Shown here one piece after another: positions 9,639-19,176 of a DNA stretch of 64,000 nucleotides. The stretch comes from Pseudomonadota bacterium (GTDB lineage Bacteria > Pseudomonadota > Alphaproteobacteria > Sphingomonadales > CAKZYD01), in contig JBMOOS010000015.1 of the NCBI GenBank assembly GCA_049324415.1, positions 12,491 through 76,490 on the forward strand, read 5' to 3'. Each line of letters starts with the position of its first letter. Positions within the stretch are counted from its first letter, which is position 1. The position numbers and the translations under genes are program-made. The notes below the pieces were generated by a model. The model was not told where the DNA came from, did not search any database, and saw nothing but the letters and a program-made list of their open reading frames with translations.

Positions 9639-10226
9639 TCAGCCGGCGGCCTCTTCCGGGGCTGCTTGTTCTTGCTCCTCGCTTGCATCGCGGGCGTCGG
9701 CCGCCGCCTTGGCGGCGAGTTCTTCACGTTCGAAGATGGAAAGGGTCATGTCGACGCCGCTTGCCTGCAACTCGGCCTCCTCGGAGGAGCGGGCGACGTT
9801 GACCGAGACGCTCACCACCACTTCCGGATGGAGCGCCACTCGCACCGGGTGGACGCCCAGGGTCTTGATCGGCCGGTCAAGGAGGATCTGGTTGCGCCGC
9901 ACGCCAATCCCATCGGCGGCCAGTGCTGCGGCGACGTCGCGGGTGGAGACCGAGCCATAAAGCTGGCCGGTGTCGCCGGCTTGCCGCAGCATCACCACCG
10001 AGCGGCCTTCCACCGTGGCGGCGACCTGTTCCGCTTCGCTGCGCCGCGCCAGGTTGTCCGCCTCGATGTCCTTGCGGCGGCTTTCGAAATAGGCGCGGTT
10101 TTCCTTGGTGGCGCGCAGCGCTTTTCCTTGGGGCAGAAGGAAGTTGCGGGCAAAGCCCGGCCTTACCTTCACCTCATCGCCCATCTGGCCGAGCTTTTCG
10201 ACCCGTTCGAGGAGAATGACCTGCAT
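9639..10226 (-). CDS. rplI: 50S ribosomal protein L9
   Basis: [36 protein letters not shown]. Confidence 0.95.
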   Translation of the reverse strand: MQVILLERVEKLGQMGDEVKVRPGFARNFLLPQGKALRATKENRAYFESRRKDIEADNLARRSEAEQVAATVEGRSVVMLRQAGDTGQLYGSVSTRDVAAALAADGIGVRRNQILLDRPIKTLGVHPVRVALHPEVVVSVSVNVARSSEEAELQASGVDMTLSIFEREELAAKAAADARDASEEQEQAAPEEAAG

Positions 10227-10242
10227 GATAAGCCTCCCCTTC

Positions 10243-10467
10243 CTAGCCGATCACATAGGGCAAAAGCCCGAGATGGCGGGCGCGCTTGATGGCTTGCGCC
10301 AGCGCCCGCTGTTTTTTTGCCGAGACCGCGGTGATGCGGCTGGGGACGATCTTGCCCCGCTCGGAGACGAAGCCCTGCAACAGGCGGATGTCCTTGTAAT
10401 CGATCTTGGGCGCGTCGGCGGCTGAAAAGGGGCAGCTTTTCCGCCGGCGCCAGAATGGCTTACGCAT
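10243..10467 (-). CDS. rpsR: 30S ribosomal protein S18
   Basis: [25 protein letters not shown]. Confidence 0.95.
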   Translation of the reverse strand: MRKPFWRRRKSCPFSAADAPKIDYKDIRLLQGFVSERGKIVPSRITAVSAKKQRALAQAIKRARHLGLLPYVIG

Positions 10468-10499
10468 GGATATTCTCCTTAAATTTCAAGAGGCCAGGG

Positions 10500-10856
10500 T
10501 CAGCGCCGGCGGCGCTCGCCGCGCTTGTCCTTGTCGCGCGAGCGCATCATGGCCGACGGGCCGTCCTCCAGTTCATCGACGCGGATGGTCATATAGCGCA
10601 GGATGTCGTCATGGATGCGCGCCTTGCGCTCCACTTCATGGACCGCGCTTGCCGGAGCGTCGATGTTGAGGAGGGTGAAATGCGCCTTCCGGTTTTTCTT
10701 GATCCGGTAGGTGAGGTTCTTGACCCCCCAATATTCCGTCTTGGTGACCTTGCCGCCAAGCTCTTCGACGGTTTTTGTGATCTCCGCCGCGATGGCGTCG
10801 ACCTGGCTGGTCTGGGCGTCCTGGCGCGCCAGAAACACATGCTCGTACAAGGGCAT
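10500..10856 (-). CDS. rpsF: 30S ribosomal protein S6
   Basis: [13 protein letters not shown]...[13 protein letters not shown]. Lies in the conserved rpsF-rpsR-rplI order. Confidence 0.95.
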   Translation of the reverse strand: MPLYEHVFLARQDAQTSQVDAIAAEITKTVEELGGKVTKTEYWGVKNLTYRIKKNRKAHFTLLNIDAPASAVHEVERKARIHDDILRYMTIRVDELEDGPSAMMRSRDKDKRGERRRR

Positions 10857-11018
10857 GTCGTTCTCCTTTTGAGCGCCTGGCGGCAGCGCGCCAAGCTGGA
10901 CTTAACGGCGCGCCAGCGCTGAGCTGGCCCGCTCGAAGGCGCGCACTATAGCGGTTTTCTTTTCCCGCGCAAGCGCTTGTTCGCGGCTTAAAGAGCGGCT
11001 AAGCCTGGGATGGGGCGT

Positions 11019-11139
11019 CTAGTGGTCCGCCCCAAACGGATAAATCCATCCGCTTGGGAAAAGTGGACCACTAAGTTAGTGAATCTGTGATGCGATTTCT
11101 CCAACAGATGGGAACCATCTGCTGGAATCGCAGCACTAG
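11019..11139 (+). repeat. 121-nt CTAGTGGT...(C)ACTAG double-hairpin intergenic element, copy 2
   Basis: Collinear with the copies at 22898 and 36930, with no indels and about 10 mismatches by hand alignment. Lies between divergent rpsF and fabD. Confidence 0.9.
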
Positions 11140-11152
11140 GAGATTTGTCGGC

Positions 11153-12094
11153 ATGATCTGTGCGTTCACTTTCCCCGGCCAAGGCAGCCAGATGGTCGGC
11201 ATGGGCAAGGCCCTGGCCGCCGCCGAGCCCGCCGCCCGCGCCGTCTTCGCAGAGGTCGACGAGGCCTTGGGTGCGCCCCTATCGCGGCTGATGTTCGAGG
11301 GGCCGGAGGAAACCTTAAGGCTCACCGAAAACGCCCAGCCGGCCTTGCTGGCGGTCTCCATGGCGGTGGTCCGCAGCTTGGAGGCGCGCGGGGTTGGTGT
11401 CGTCGACGCGGCGCGCTATGTCGCCGGCCATTCCCTGGGCGAATATTCCGCGCTCGCCGCCGCCGGCGCCTTGAGCGTGCCCGATGCCGCCCGCCTTTTG
11501 CGCCTGCGCGGGCAAGCCATGCAGCGGGCGGTGCCGGTGGGCGAAGGCGCCATGGCGGCCTTGCTTGGCCTCGATTTCGACGAAGCTAAGGCGGTGGCCG
11601 AGGCCGCCGCGCAAGGCGAGGTGTGCGCCCCCGCCAACGACAACGCGCCGGGCCAGGTGGTGGTGTCCGGCCATAAGGCGGCGGTTGAGCGGGCGATGAT
11701 GCTTGCCAAGGAGAAAGGCGCGCGCCGCGCCGTCCTGTTGCCGGTGAGCGCGCCCTTCCATTGCCCGCTGATGCAGCCCGCCGCGGCGGAGATGGCCGAC
11801 GCCCTTGCCGTTACCCATATCGCGCCGCCGTGCGTGCCGCTCATCGCCAATGTGACGGCGGCGCCGGTGAGCGAGCCGGAAACAATCCGCAAGCTCTTGG
11901 TGGAGCAGGTCACGGGCGTCGTCCGCTGGCGCGAATCGGTGGCCTGGCTGGCGCGCGCCGGGGTGACGCTGGTGGCGGAGCTGGGCGCCGGCAAGGTGTT
12001 GAGCGGCCTTGCCAAGCGCATCGATGGCGGCCTCGCAACCCTCGCCGTGCACGAGCCCGACGACATCGCCATCTTGCTCAAGGCCATGGCGTGA
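11153..12094 (+). CDS. fabD: malonyl CoA-ACP transacylase
   Basis: FTFPGQGSQ and active-site GHSLGEYSAL. ATG 11153 has AGGAG 10 nt upstream. The track ORF start at 11087 lies inside the repeat. Confidence 0.93.
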   Translation: MICAFTFPGQGSQMVGMGKALAAAEPAARAVFAEVDEALGAPLSRLMFEGPEETLRLTENAQPALLAVSMAVVRSLEARGVGVVDAARYVAGHSLGEYSALAAAGALSVPDAARLLRLRGQAMQRAVPVGEGAMAALLGLDFDEAKAVAEAAAQGEVCAPANDNAPGQVVVSGHKAAVERAMMLAKEKGARRAVLLPVSAPFHCPLMQPAAAEMADALAVTHIAPPCVPLIANVTAAPVSEPETIRKLLVEQVTGVVRWRESVAWLARAGVTLVAELGAGKVLSGLAKRIDGGLATLAVHEPDDIAILLKAMA

Positions 12095-12120
12095 ATTCTG
12101 TGGAGGGGATGACAAGACCG

Positions 12121-12858
12121 ATGTTCGATTTGACGGGAAAGAATGCGCTCATCACCGGCGCTTCGGGCGCCATTGGCGCGGCCATTGCAAGGGCGCTCAA
12201 GGCGCGCGGCGCGGTGCTTGCCCTTTCCGGCACCCGGCGGGAGAAGCTGGAGGCCTTGGCGCGGGAGCTGGGGGCGGGGGTTCATGTCGTCCCGTGCAAC
12301 CTTGCCGACAGCGCCGAGGTCGAAGCCCTGGCGCCGCAAGCGGGCAGCGCCATGGGGGGCATCGATATCCTCGTCAACAACGCGGGCATAACCCGGGACA
12401 ATCTTGCCCTGCGAATGAAGGACGAGGATTGGGAGGCGGTGCTGGCGGTCAACCTTGGCGCGGGCTTTCGCTTGGCGCGGGCCTGCCTCAAGCCGATGAT
12501 GAAGCAGCGCTGGGGGCGCATCATCTCCATCACCTCCGTGGTCGCGGCGACCGGCAACCCCGGACAGGCCAATTATTGCGCCGCCAAGGCCGGGCTTGCC
12601 GGCATGACCAAGGCCCTGGCCCAGGAGGTGGCGAGCCGCAACATCACGGTCAACTGCGTGGCGCCGGGGATGATCGCCTCGGCGATGACCGACAAGCTCA
12701 AAGATGAGCAGAAGGCGCGGATTCTCGGCGCCATCCCCGCCGGGCGGCTGGGAGAGGGCGCGGATGTCGCCGCCGCGGTCGCTTATCTGGCGAGCGAGGA
12801 AGCCGGCTATGTCACCGGCCAGACCTTGCATGTCAATGGCGGAATGGCCATGATTTGA
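12121..12858 (+). CDS. fabG: 3-oxoacyl-ACP reductase
   Basis: MFDLTGKNALITGASGAIGAAIA Rossmann motif; catalytic YCAAKAG. Confidence 0.93.
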   Translation: MFDLTGKNALITGASGAIGAAIARALKARGAVLALSGTRREKLEALARELGAGVHVVPCNLADSAEVEALAPQAGSAMGGIDILVNNAGITRDNLALRMKDEDWEAVLAVNLGAGFRLARACLKPMMKQRWGRIISITSVVAATGNPGQANYCAAKAGLAGMTKALAQEVASRNITVNCVAPGMIASAMTDKLKDEQKARILGAIPAGRLGEGADVAAAVAYLASEEAGYVTGQTLHVNGGMAMI

Positions 12859-13058
12859 GCAGGGCCGCGCTGGCCGCCCGGTGGCGATTGCCGATGGACG
12901 GCGCATGGCGGCTCGCCCTAAAAAGCGCTTGAACGCACGAAAAAGGGGCTTGGCCGGCGGCGTAAAAAAGACTAGGCAGGCTGCGACAGACGTCCGGAAC
13001 TGCCGGGTGCGGGCGCGAGCCCTCGCATCAGCCGCGATGTCGGGCGAAAAGGTTGAAC

Positions 13059-13088
13059 GTGGATCTGCACACTAGGTGGATTTGCACA
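13059..13088 (+). repeat. tandem 13-nt direct repeat GTGGAT(C/T)TGCACA x2 upstream of acpP
   Basis: GTGGATCTGCACA (13059-13071) and GTGGATTTGCACA (13076-13088), 33 nt upstream of the acpP ATG. Confidence 0.6.
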
Positions 13089-13120
13089 TTCTGGGCAACA
13101 AGCTTTAAGGAAATAAGCGC

Positions 13121-13357
13121 ATGAGCGACATTGCCGCTACTGTGAAGAAAATCGTGGTCGAGCATCTTGGCGTCGACGAGGCCAAGGTGACCGAGGCAGC
13201 GAGCTTCATCGACGACTTGGGCGCCGACAGCTTGGATACGGTCGAGCTGGTGATGGCGTTCGAGGAAGAATTCGGCGTCGAAATCCCCGACGACGCAGCG
13301 GAAAAGATCCTCACCGTCAAGGACGCGATCGATTATATCAAGGAAAATGCCTCTTAA
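13121..13357 (+). CDS. acpP: acyl carrier protein
   Basis: 78 aa with the phosphopantetheine site [12 protein letters not shown]. Confidence 0.97.
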   Translation: MSDIAATVKKIVVEHLGVDEAKVTEAASFIDDLGADSLDTVELVMAFEEEFGVEIPDDAAEKILTVKDAIDYIKENAS

Positions 13358-13392
13358 GTTTTTTAAGTTGCATTTCCATGCTTGGCGATGCG

Positions 13393-13427
13393 GGGCGCTG
13401 CGATGAACAGCGCCTCGTGCTATTTTT
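13393..13427 (+). terminator. possible attenuator/terminator hairpin between acpP and fabF
   Basis: Stem GGCGCTG(13394-13400)/CAGCGCC(13408-13414). The T-run 13422-13427 sits a few nt beyond the stem, which is not ideal. Confidence 0.35.
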
Positions 13428-13476
13428 GGCTGGGCCGATAAAGCGCCGGCCAACCCAGGGATAGGAGGCAAATTCC

Positions 13477-14742
13477 ATGCGCCGTGTCGTCATCACCGGT
13501 TTGGGTTTGGTCACGCCCTTGGGCGCCGGCGTCGCCGAGGTCTGGCCGCGCCTCGTCAATGGCGAGTCAGGCGCCGGGCCGATCACCCGCTTCGATGCCT
13601 CCGACATGCCTTGCCGCGTCGCCTGCGAAGTGAAAACCGGCGATGGCGCGAACGGCACCTTCAATCCGGAAGCGCATCTGGAGCCCAAGGAGATCCGCAA
13701 GGTCGATCCCTTCATCGTCTATGGCATGGCCGCCGCCGACATGGCGATCGCCGATGCTGGCATCGCTGACATGACGGAGGCAGAGAAGCTGCGCGCCGGG
13801 GTCATGATCGGCTCCGGCATTGGCGGCCTGCCAGGGATCGAGGAAGCCTCGATCCTGTGCCACGAGCGTGGCCCGCGCCGGGTCAGCCCTTTTTTCATTC
13901 CTGGCCGGCTCATCAACCTGGTGTCCGGCCAGGTATCGATCCGCTACGGCCTCAAGGGCCCCAATCACGCGGTGGTGACGGCGTGCTCCACCGGCGCCCA
14001 TGCCATTGGCGATGCGGCCCGGCTGATCATGTGGGAGGACGCCGACGTGATGGTCGCCGGCGGCACCGAGGGGGCGATCTGCCGCGTCGGCATTGCCGGT
14101 TTTGCCCAGGCCAAGGCGCTGTCCACCGGCTTCAACGACGAGCCCACCCGCGCTTCCCGGCCCTGGGACAAGGCCCGCGACGGCTTCGTCATGGGCGAGG
14201 GCGCCGGGATCGTGGTTCTGGAGGACTATGAGCGGGCGAAAAAGCGCGGCGCCAAGATCTACGCCGAACTCGTCGGCTATGGCCTTTCGGGGGATGCCTA
14301 TCATGTGACGGCGCCGGCTCCCGACGGCGATGGCGGCTTTCGCTCGATGCAGGCGGCGCTCAGGCGCTCCGGGCTCAACCCGTCCGATATCGACTATATC
14401 AACGCCCATGGCACCTCGACACCGCTGGGCGACGAGATCGAGCTTGGCGCGGTGAAGCGCTTGCTGGGCAACGCCGCCGCTCAGGTTTCCATGTCGTCGA
14501 CCAAGTCGGCGATCGGCCATCTGCTGGGAGCCGCCGGCGCGGTCGAGGCGATTTTCTCGATCCTCGCCATCAAGCATGGCGTGGTGCCGCCGACCCTCAA
14601 TCTCGACAATCCATCGGCAGAATGTCATGGCATCGATCTGGTGCCCCATCAGGCAAGGGAGCGGCGGGTCCGCGCCGCGCTTTCCAATTCCTTCGGCTTT
14701 GGCGGCACCAACGCAACGGTGATCTTTAGGGAAGTGGTTTAG
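13477..14742 (+). CDS. fabF: beta-ketoacyl-ACP synthase II
   Basis: Active-site ACSTGAHAIG, plus HGTSTPLGD and GHLLGAAG. Confidence 0.95.
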   Translation: MRRVVITGLGLVTPLGAGVAEVWPRLVNGESGAGPITRFDASDMPCRVACEVKTGDGANGTFNPEAHLEPKEIRKVDPFIVYGMAAADMAIADAGIADMTEAEKLRAGVMIGSGIGGLPGIEEASILCHERGPRRVSPFFIPGRLINLVSGQVSIRYGLKGPNHAVVTACSTGAHAIGDAARLIMWEDADVMVAGGTEGAICRVGIAGFAQAKALSTGFNDEPTRASRPWDKARDGFVMGEGAGIVVLEDYERAKKRGAKIYAELVGYGLSGDAYHVTAPAPDGDGGFRSMQAALRRSGLNPSDIDYINAHGTSTPLGDEIELGAVKRLLGNAAAQVSMSSTKSAIGHLLGAAGAVEAIFSILAIKHGVVPPTLNLDNPSAECHGIDLVPHQARERRVRAALSNSFGFGGTNATVIFREVV

Positions 14743-14746
14743 GACG

Positions 14747-15787
14747 GTGGCGGCTGGCGACGAGGCGCGCGCACGCCGGCCTCGGCGATGGCTGGTTTTG
14801 GCGGCAGCCGGCCTCGGCCTTATCCTTGTCGCCCTTGCCGTCGTCTGGCTGTGGCTGCGCCTTGCCTTCGCCGCCGCCGGGCCGCTGGCCGAGGCGCGCG
14901 TCGTCTTCATCCCACGCGGCGCCAGCCTTAACGCTGCGGCGCGGCAGTTGGCGGCGGCGGGCGTCATCGATGACCCCCGCGTCTTTCGCTGGGGGGCGCG
15001 TTTGCTTGGCGATGATCGGCCGATCCAGGCTGGGGAATATGCTTTTGCCGCCGCCCGGGCGATGGCCGAGGTGCTCGCCCAAATGCAGGATGGCAAGGTG
15101 GTCCTCCGCCGGGTGACGGTTCCCGAGGGGATGACCAGCGCCGCCGTGGTGCGCCTGCTGCTGGCCGAGCCGGCGCTCGAGGGCCCCATAACCGAGATGC
15201 CGGAGGAAGGCGCCCTGTTGCCGGAAACCTATTTCTTCAGCCGCGGCGAAACCCGGGCCGCGGTCATCGCCCGCATGGCGGCGGCGATGCGCGAGACGCT
15301 GGCGCGGCTGTGGCGCGAACGCGCCGAGGGTCTGCCCTTCGCAACCCCTCAGGAAGCGGTGATCCTGGCCTCCATCGTCGAGAAGGAAACCGCGCTGCCG
15401 ACGGAGCGCGCCCTCATCGCCGGGGTGTTCGTCAACCGGCTCAGTCGCGGCATCCGGCTGCAATCGGACCCGACCGTCATCTATGGCCTGACCCAAGGCC
15501 GGCTGGAGCGCCCGCTTACCGTCCGCGATCTCGATTCCGACAGCCCCTATAACACATACCGCGTCCGTGGCCTGCCCCCCGGCGCCATCGCCAATCCCGG
15601 CGTGGCGTCGCTCGAAGCTGTCCTCCAGCCGGAGAAAACCAGCGCCCTTTATTTCGTCGCCGACGGCAGCGGTGGTCATGTCTTTGCCGACAGCCTTGAC
15701 GAGCATAACCGCAATGTCCAGCGCTGGCGGCGGATCGAGGCGGAGCGCCGGCGCGATGACCGCGATGACAAGGGCAAGGGAGGATGA
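14747..15787 (+). CDS. mltG: endolytic murein transglycosylase MltG (YceG family)
   Basis: N-terminal TM segment. LASIVEKETALPTERALIAGVFVNRL and SPYNTY motifs. GTG start. Confidence 0.88.
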   Translation: MAAGDEARARRPRRWLVLAAAGLGLILVALAVVWLWLRLAFAAAGPLAEARVVFIPRGASLNAAARQLAAAGVIDDPRVFRWGARLLGDDRPIQAGEYAFAAARAMAEVLAQMQDGKVVLRRVTVPEGMTSAAVVRLLLAEPALEGPITEMPEEGALLPETYFFSRGETRAAVIARMAAAMRETLARLWRERAEGLPFATPQEAVILASIVEKETALPTERALIAGVFVNRLSRGIRLQSDPTVIYGLTQGRLERPLTVRDLDSDSPYNTYRVRGLPPGAIANPGVASLEAVLQPEKTSALYFVADGSGGHVFADSLDEHNRNVQRWRRIEAERRRDDRDDKGKGG

Positions 15788-15791
15788 GGCG

Positions 15792-16679
15792 ATGGCGCTC
15801 CATTCGATGACCGGCTTTGGCCACGCCGACGGCGCGGCGGAGGGGCTTGGCTGGAGGGTCGAGCTCAAAAGCGTCAACAATCGCGGGCTGGAAATCCGCT
15901 GCCGGCTACCCGCGATGATGGAAGCCTGGGAAGCCGCAATTCGCGAAGGTCTGGGGCGCTTCATCGACCGGGGCATGGTCAATCTCAGCCTCGTTCTTGG
16001 GCAAGGCAGCGAGGCGGGAACGCTCAGCATCAACCAGGCGGCGCTCAAGCAATATTTGAGCGTGGCCAAGGCGCTGGCGCGCGACCACGGGCTGGAGCCC
16101 CCGGGCGCAAGCGATCTTCTCGCCTTGCGCGGCGTCGTCGATTTCACCGCCGCCGTGCTGGACGAGGCGGCCCTGGCGCGGCTGCAGCAGGCGGTGCTGG
16201 CCAGCATCGAGGAGGCCGCGCGCGCGCTCAATGCCAGCCGGGCCGGCGAAGGGGCGCGGCTGGGCGCCGCCCTTGGCGCGCTTATCGCCAGGATCGAAGC
16301 CCTGGTGGGCAAGGCCGAGGCCTTCGCCGCCCGCCAGCCGGCCTTGGCGCGCCAGCGCCTCGAAGACACGCTCGCTCGCTTGCAAGTCGAGCATGGCGCG
16401 CTCGATCCCGACCGCCTGGCCCAGGAAGTCGCCTTGATGGCGGCCAAGGCCGATGTCCGGGAAGAGCTTGACCGGCTGGGCGCCCATGTCGCGGCGGCGC
16501 GCGCCTTGCTGGACGGTGGCTCACCGATGGGGCGGGCCTTTGAGTTTCTGACGCAGGAATTCATGCGTGAAGCCAATACTTTATGTTCCAAATCGGTGGA
16601 TGGCGACCTGACGCGCGTCGGCCTTGACCTCAAGGCGGCGATTGAGCAGGTTCGCGAGCAAATCAAGAATCTGGAATAA
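15792..16679 (+). CDS. YicC family stress-induced protein
   Basis: MALHSMTGFG...WRVELKSVNNRGLEI, with C-terminal EFMREANTLCSKS. ATG 15792; the longer track ORF overlaps mltG out of frame. Confidence 0.88.
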   Translation: MALHSMTGFGHADGAAEGLGWRVELKSVNNRGLEIRCRLPAMMEAWEAAIREGLGRFIDRGMVNLSLVLGQGSEAGTLSINQAALKQYLSVAKALARDHGLEPPGASDLLALRGVVDFTAAVLDEAALARLQQAVLASIEEAARALNASRAGEGARLGAALGALIARIEALVGKAEAFAARQPALARQRLEDTLARLQVEHGALDPDRLAQEVALMAAKADVREELDRLGAHVAAARALLDGGSPMGRAFEFLTQEFMREANTLCSKSVDGDLTRVGLDLKAAIEQVREQIKNLE

Positions 16680-16714
16680 GCGCCGCGGCGCGTTCCGCGA
16701 CTCCGAGGGGCCCC

Positions 16715-17389
16715 ATGTCAGCAAGCACGCAGCCAGCGCACATCCCGCTCATGCTGGTGTTGTCCTCGCCTTCGGGCGCGGGAAAATCGACGATGTCCAG
16801 CCTGTTGCTCGCCGCCGACCCCGGCGTCGGCATTTCGGTTTCGGCGACGACGCGCCCGCCGCGCCCGGTGGAGAAGGACGGGGTGCACTATCATTTCCTT
16901 AAAGATGCCGACTTCGATGCCAAGGTCGCGGCGGGCGCCTTCATCGAGCATGCGCAGGTGCATGGCTATCGCTATGGCACGCTCAAGTCGGAAGTGGAGA
17001 AGACCTTCGCCACCGGCAAGGACGTGCTGTTCGATATCGACTGGCAGGGAACCCAGCAGATCGCCAGCCAGGTGGGGAGCCGGCTGGTGTCGATCTTCCT
17101 CTTGCCGCCGTCGATGCAGGCGCTCGAGGAGCGGCTGCGGCGCCGGGCGCAGGACTCGGAAGAGGTGGTCCAGCGCCGCATGGCCAAGGCGCGGGACGAG
17201 ATCAGCCATTGGGCGGAATATGACTATGTGCTGATCAATGACGACCGCGACCGCTGCTTTGCCCAGATCCGCAGCATTCTTGCCTGCGAGCGCTTGAAGC
17301 GGATCCGCCGGCCCGATCTTGCCGCCACCGTCAAGCGCCTGATCGCCGAAGAGCGGCCCAGGCTTGCGCAAGACGGGCAAAATCCATGA
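16715..17389 (+). CDS. gmk: guanylate kinase
   Basis: P-loop [10 protein letters not shown], plus SATTRPPR. Confidence 0.92.
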   Translation: MSASTQPAHIPLMLVLSSPSGAGKSTMSSLLLAADPGVGISVSATTRPPRPVEKDGVHYHFLKDADFDAKVAAGAFIEHAQVHGYRYGTLKSEVEKTFATGKDVLFDIDWQGTQQIASQVGSRLVSIFLLPPSMQALEERLRRRAQDSEEVVQRRMAKARDEISHWAEYDYVLINDDRDRCFAQIRSILACERLKRIRRPDLAATVKRLIAEERPRLAQDGQNP

Positions 17390-18185
17390 CGTCGAGCTGT
17401 TCCGCCCGCGCCGTCGGTACGATGTCCGCCGCCTGAAGCAGGCCCTCGGCCGCGGGGGTAAGGGCGCGCAAGGCCGCGCGCAGCATCTTGCGCCGCTGCG
17501 CGAAGGCCGCGGCGCTCACCGCTTCGAGATCGGCAAGGGCGACGTCAAGGCAAGGCTCGGCGGGGAGAACCTCGATCAACGTCGATGTCACCTTGGGCGG
17601 CGGGGTGAAAGCGCGGGGCGGCACGTCGAACAGCCGCCGCGGCCGGGCCCGCCATTGCGCCAGCACGCTGAGCCGGCCATAAGCCTTGCCGCCGGGCGGG
17701 GCGGCCAGCCGTTCCGCCACCTCCTTTTGCAGCATCACGGTGAGCGATGCCCAGAAGGGCGGCCACGGCTCGGCGGACAGCCATTTTACGAGAAGAGCGG
17801 TGCCGATGTTATAGGGAAGGTTGGCGACGATCTTGACCGGCCCCGGGCCGCACAGCGCGGTTTCGTCGCAGCGCAAGGCATCGCCTTCCACCACGTCGAG
17901 CCGGCCGGGATAGGCGGCGGCGATGTCGGCGAGCGCGGCGCGGCAACGCGGGTCCTTTTCCACCGCGACGACGCGGCGTGCCCCGGCGGCGAGAAGGGCG
18001 CGGGTAAGGCCGCCCGGCCCTGGGCCGACTTCATAGACGGTGGTATCGCCGAGCGGGCCGGCGGCGCGGGCGATTTTTGCCGTAAGATTAAGGTCGAGAA
18101 GAAAATTCTGCCCCAAGGCCTTGCGCGCCTTCAGCCCTTGCGCCGCGATGACGGCGCGCAAGGGGGGAAGGCCATCCTCAACCAT
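17331..18185 (-). CDS. rsmA: 16S rRNA (adenine1518-N6/adenine1519-N6)-dimethyltransferase
   Basis: LGQNFL, SAM motif [18 protein letters not shown]. Confidence 0.92.
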   Translation of the reverse strand: MVEDGLPPLRAVIAAQGLKARKALGQNFLLDLNLTAKIARAAGPLGDTTVYEVGPGPGGLTRALLAAGARRVVAVEKDPRCRAALADIAAAYPGRLDVVEGDALRCDETALCGPGPVKIVANLPYNIGTALLVKWLSAEPWPPFWASLTVMLQKEVAERLAAPPGGKAYGRLSVLAQWRARPRRLFDVPPRAFTPPPKVTSTLIEVLPAEPCLDVALADLEAVSAAAFAQRRKMLRAALRALTPAAEGLLQAADIVPTARAEQLDVMDFARLAQAWAALRRSGA

Positions 18186-19176
18186 GGCGGTTGCGCGCGA
18201 GCTTGGCCGCCGCTCCGATGGCGGCGATCATGCTGCGGGGGTCCGCCATCCCTTTGCCGGCGATGGCGAAAGCGGCGCCGTGATCGGGCGAGGTGCGCAC
18301 TATGGGAAGCCCGAGGGTGATGTTGACCCCGTCATGAAAATCAAGGGTTTTCAAGGGGATGAGCGCTTGGTCGTGATACATGGCGAGAGCCGCGTCATAA
18401 TGCGCCCGCGCGTCTTCATGAAACAGGCTGTCGGCGGCATGGGGGCCGCTCACGGCAAGGCCTTCGCCGCGCAGGCGCGCCATCGCCGGGGCGATGACAT
18501 CGATCTCCTCGCGCCCCAGCGCGCCGCCCTCGCCGGCATGGGGGTTGAGCGCGCAGACCGCGATGCGCGGCTCGGGGATGCGGAAATCGCGCTTCAAGGC
18601 GGCGGCGAGCACCCGGCCGCGCCGGACGATGAGGTCCTCGGTAATCTGCTTGGCCACCTGCGCCAGGGGCACATGGATGGTGAGGGGCGCGACGCGCAAG
18701 CGCGGGCTCGCCAGCAGCATCGCTATGTCCGCCACTGGCACATGGCACAGTTCGGCGAGAAATTCGCTCTGCCCGGGGTGGGTAAAGCCGGCCTGGTAAA
18801 GCACCCCCTTGGCGATGGGCGCGGTGACGAGGGCGGCGGCGCGCGCCTCTTGCACCAGGGCGACGGCGTGCCTGATGGCCGCGATCACGGCTTGGGCGGC
18901 AGCGGGCTGCGGCCGGCCGGGGGTCACTTCATGGCTGAGGGGCAGGGGGAGCACGGGCAGGGCGTCAGCATAGACGGTGCCCGCCGCCTCCGGCGCGGCG
19001 ATCTCGATGACGGGAACATGGCGGTCGATGGCCCGGATGGCCTCGGGCGCGCCCAGCATGAAGAAGGGCGGCAGGCCCAGCTCATGGCCGCGTCGCCACG
19101 CCTTGGCGATGATCTCCGGGCCGATGCCGGCGGGCTCGCCCATGGTGACCGCCAGGGGCAGCATCGGCGGGATCAC
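18178..19176 (-). CDS. pdxA: 4-hydroxythreonine-4-phosphate dehydrogenase
   Basis: [11 protein letters not shown] and [11 protein letters not shown] motifs. Overlaps rsmA by 8 nt. Confidence 0.93.
   Translation of the reverse strand: MIPPMLPLAVTMGEPAGIGPEIIAKAWRRGHELGLPPFFMLGAPEAIRAIDRHVPVIEIAAPEAAGTVYADALPVLPLPLSHEVTPGRPQPAAAQAVIAAIRHAVALVQEARAAALVTAPIAKGVLYQAGFTHPGQSEFLAELCHVPVADIAMLLASPRLRVAPLTIHVPLAQVAKQITEDLIVRRGRVLAAALKRDFRIPEPRIAVCALNPHAGEGGALGREEIDVIAPAMARLRGEGLAVSGPHAADSLFHEDARAHYDAALAMYHDQALIPLKTLDFHDGVNITLGLPIVRTSPDHGAAFAIAGKGMADPRSMIAAIGAAAKLARNRHG

Noticed and set aside
14726-16666. 646-aa ORF on the minus strand
   Set aside because: It is antisense to mltG and yicC. The composition is Ser/Arg/Ala/Pro-rich and no motifs are visible.
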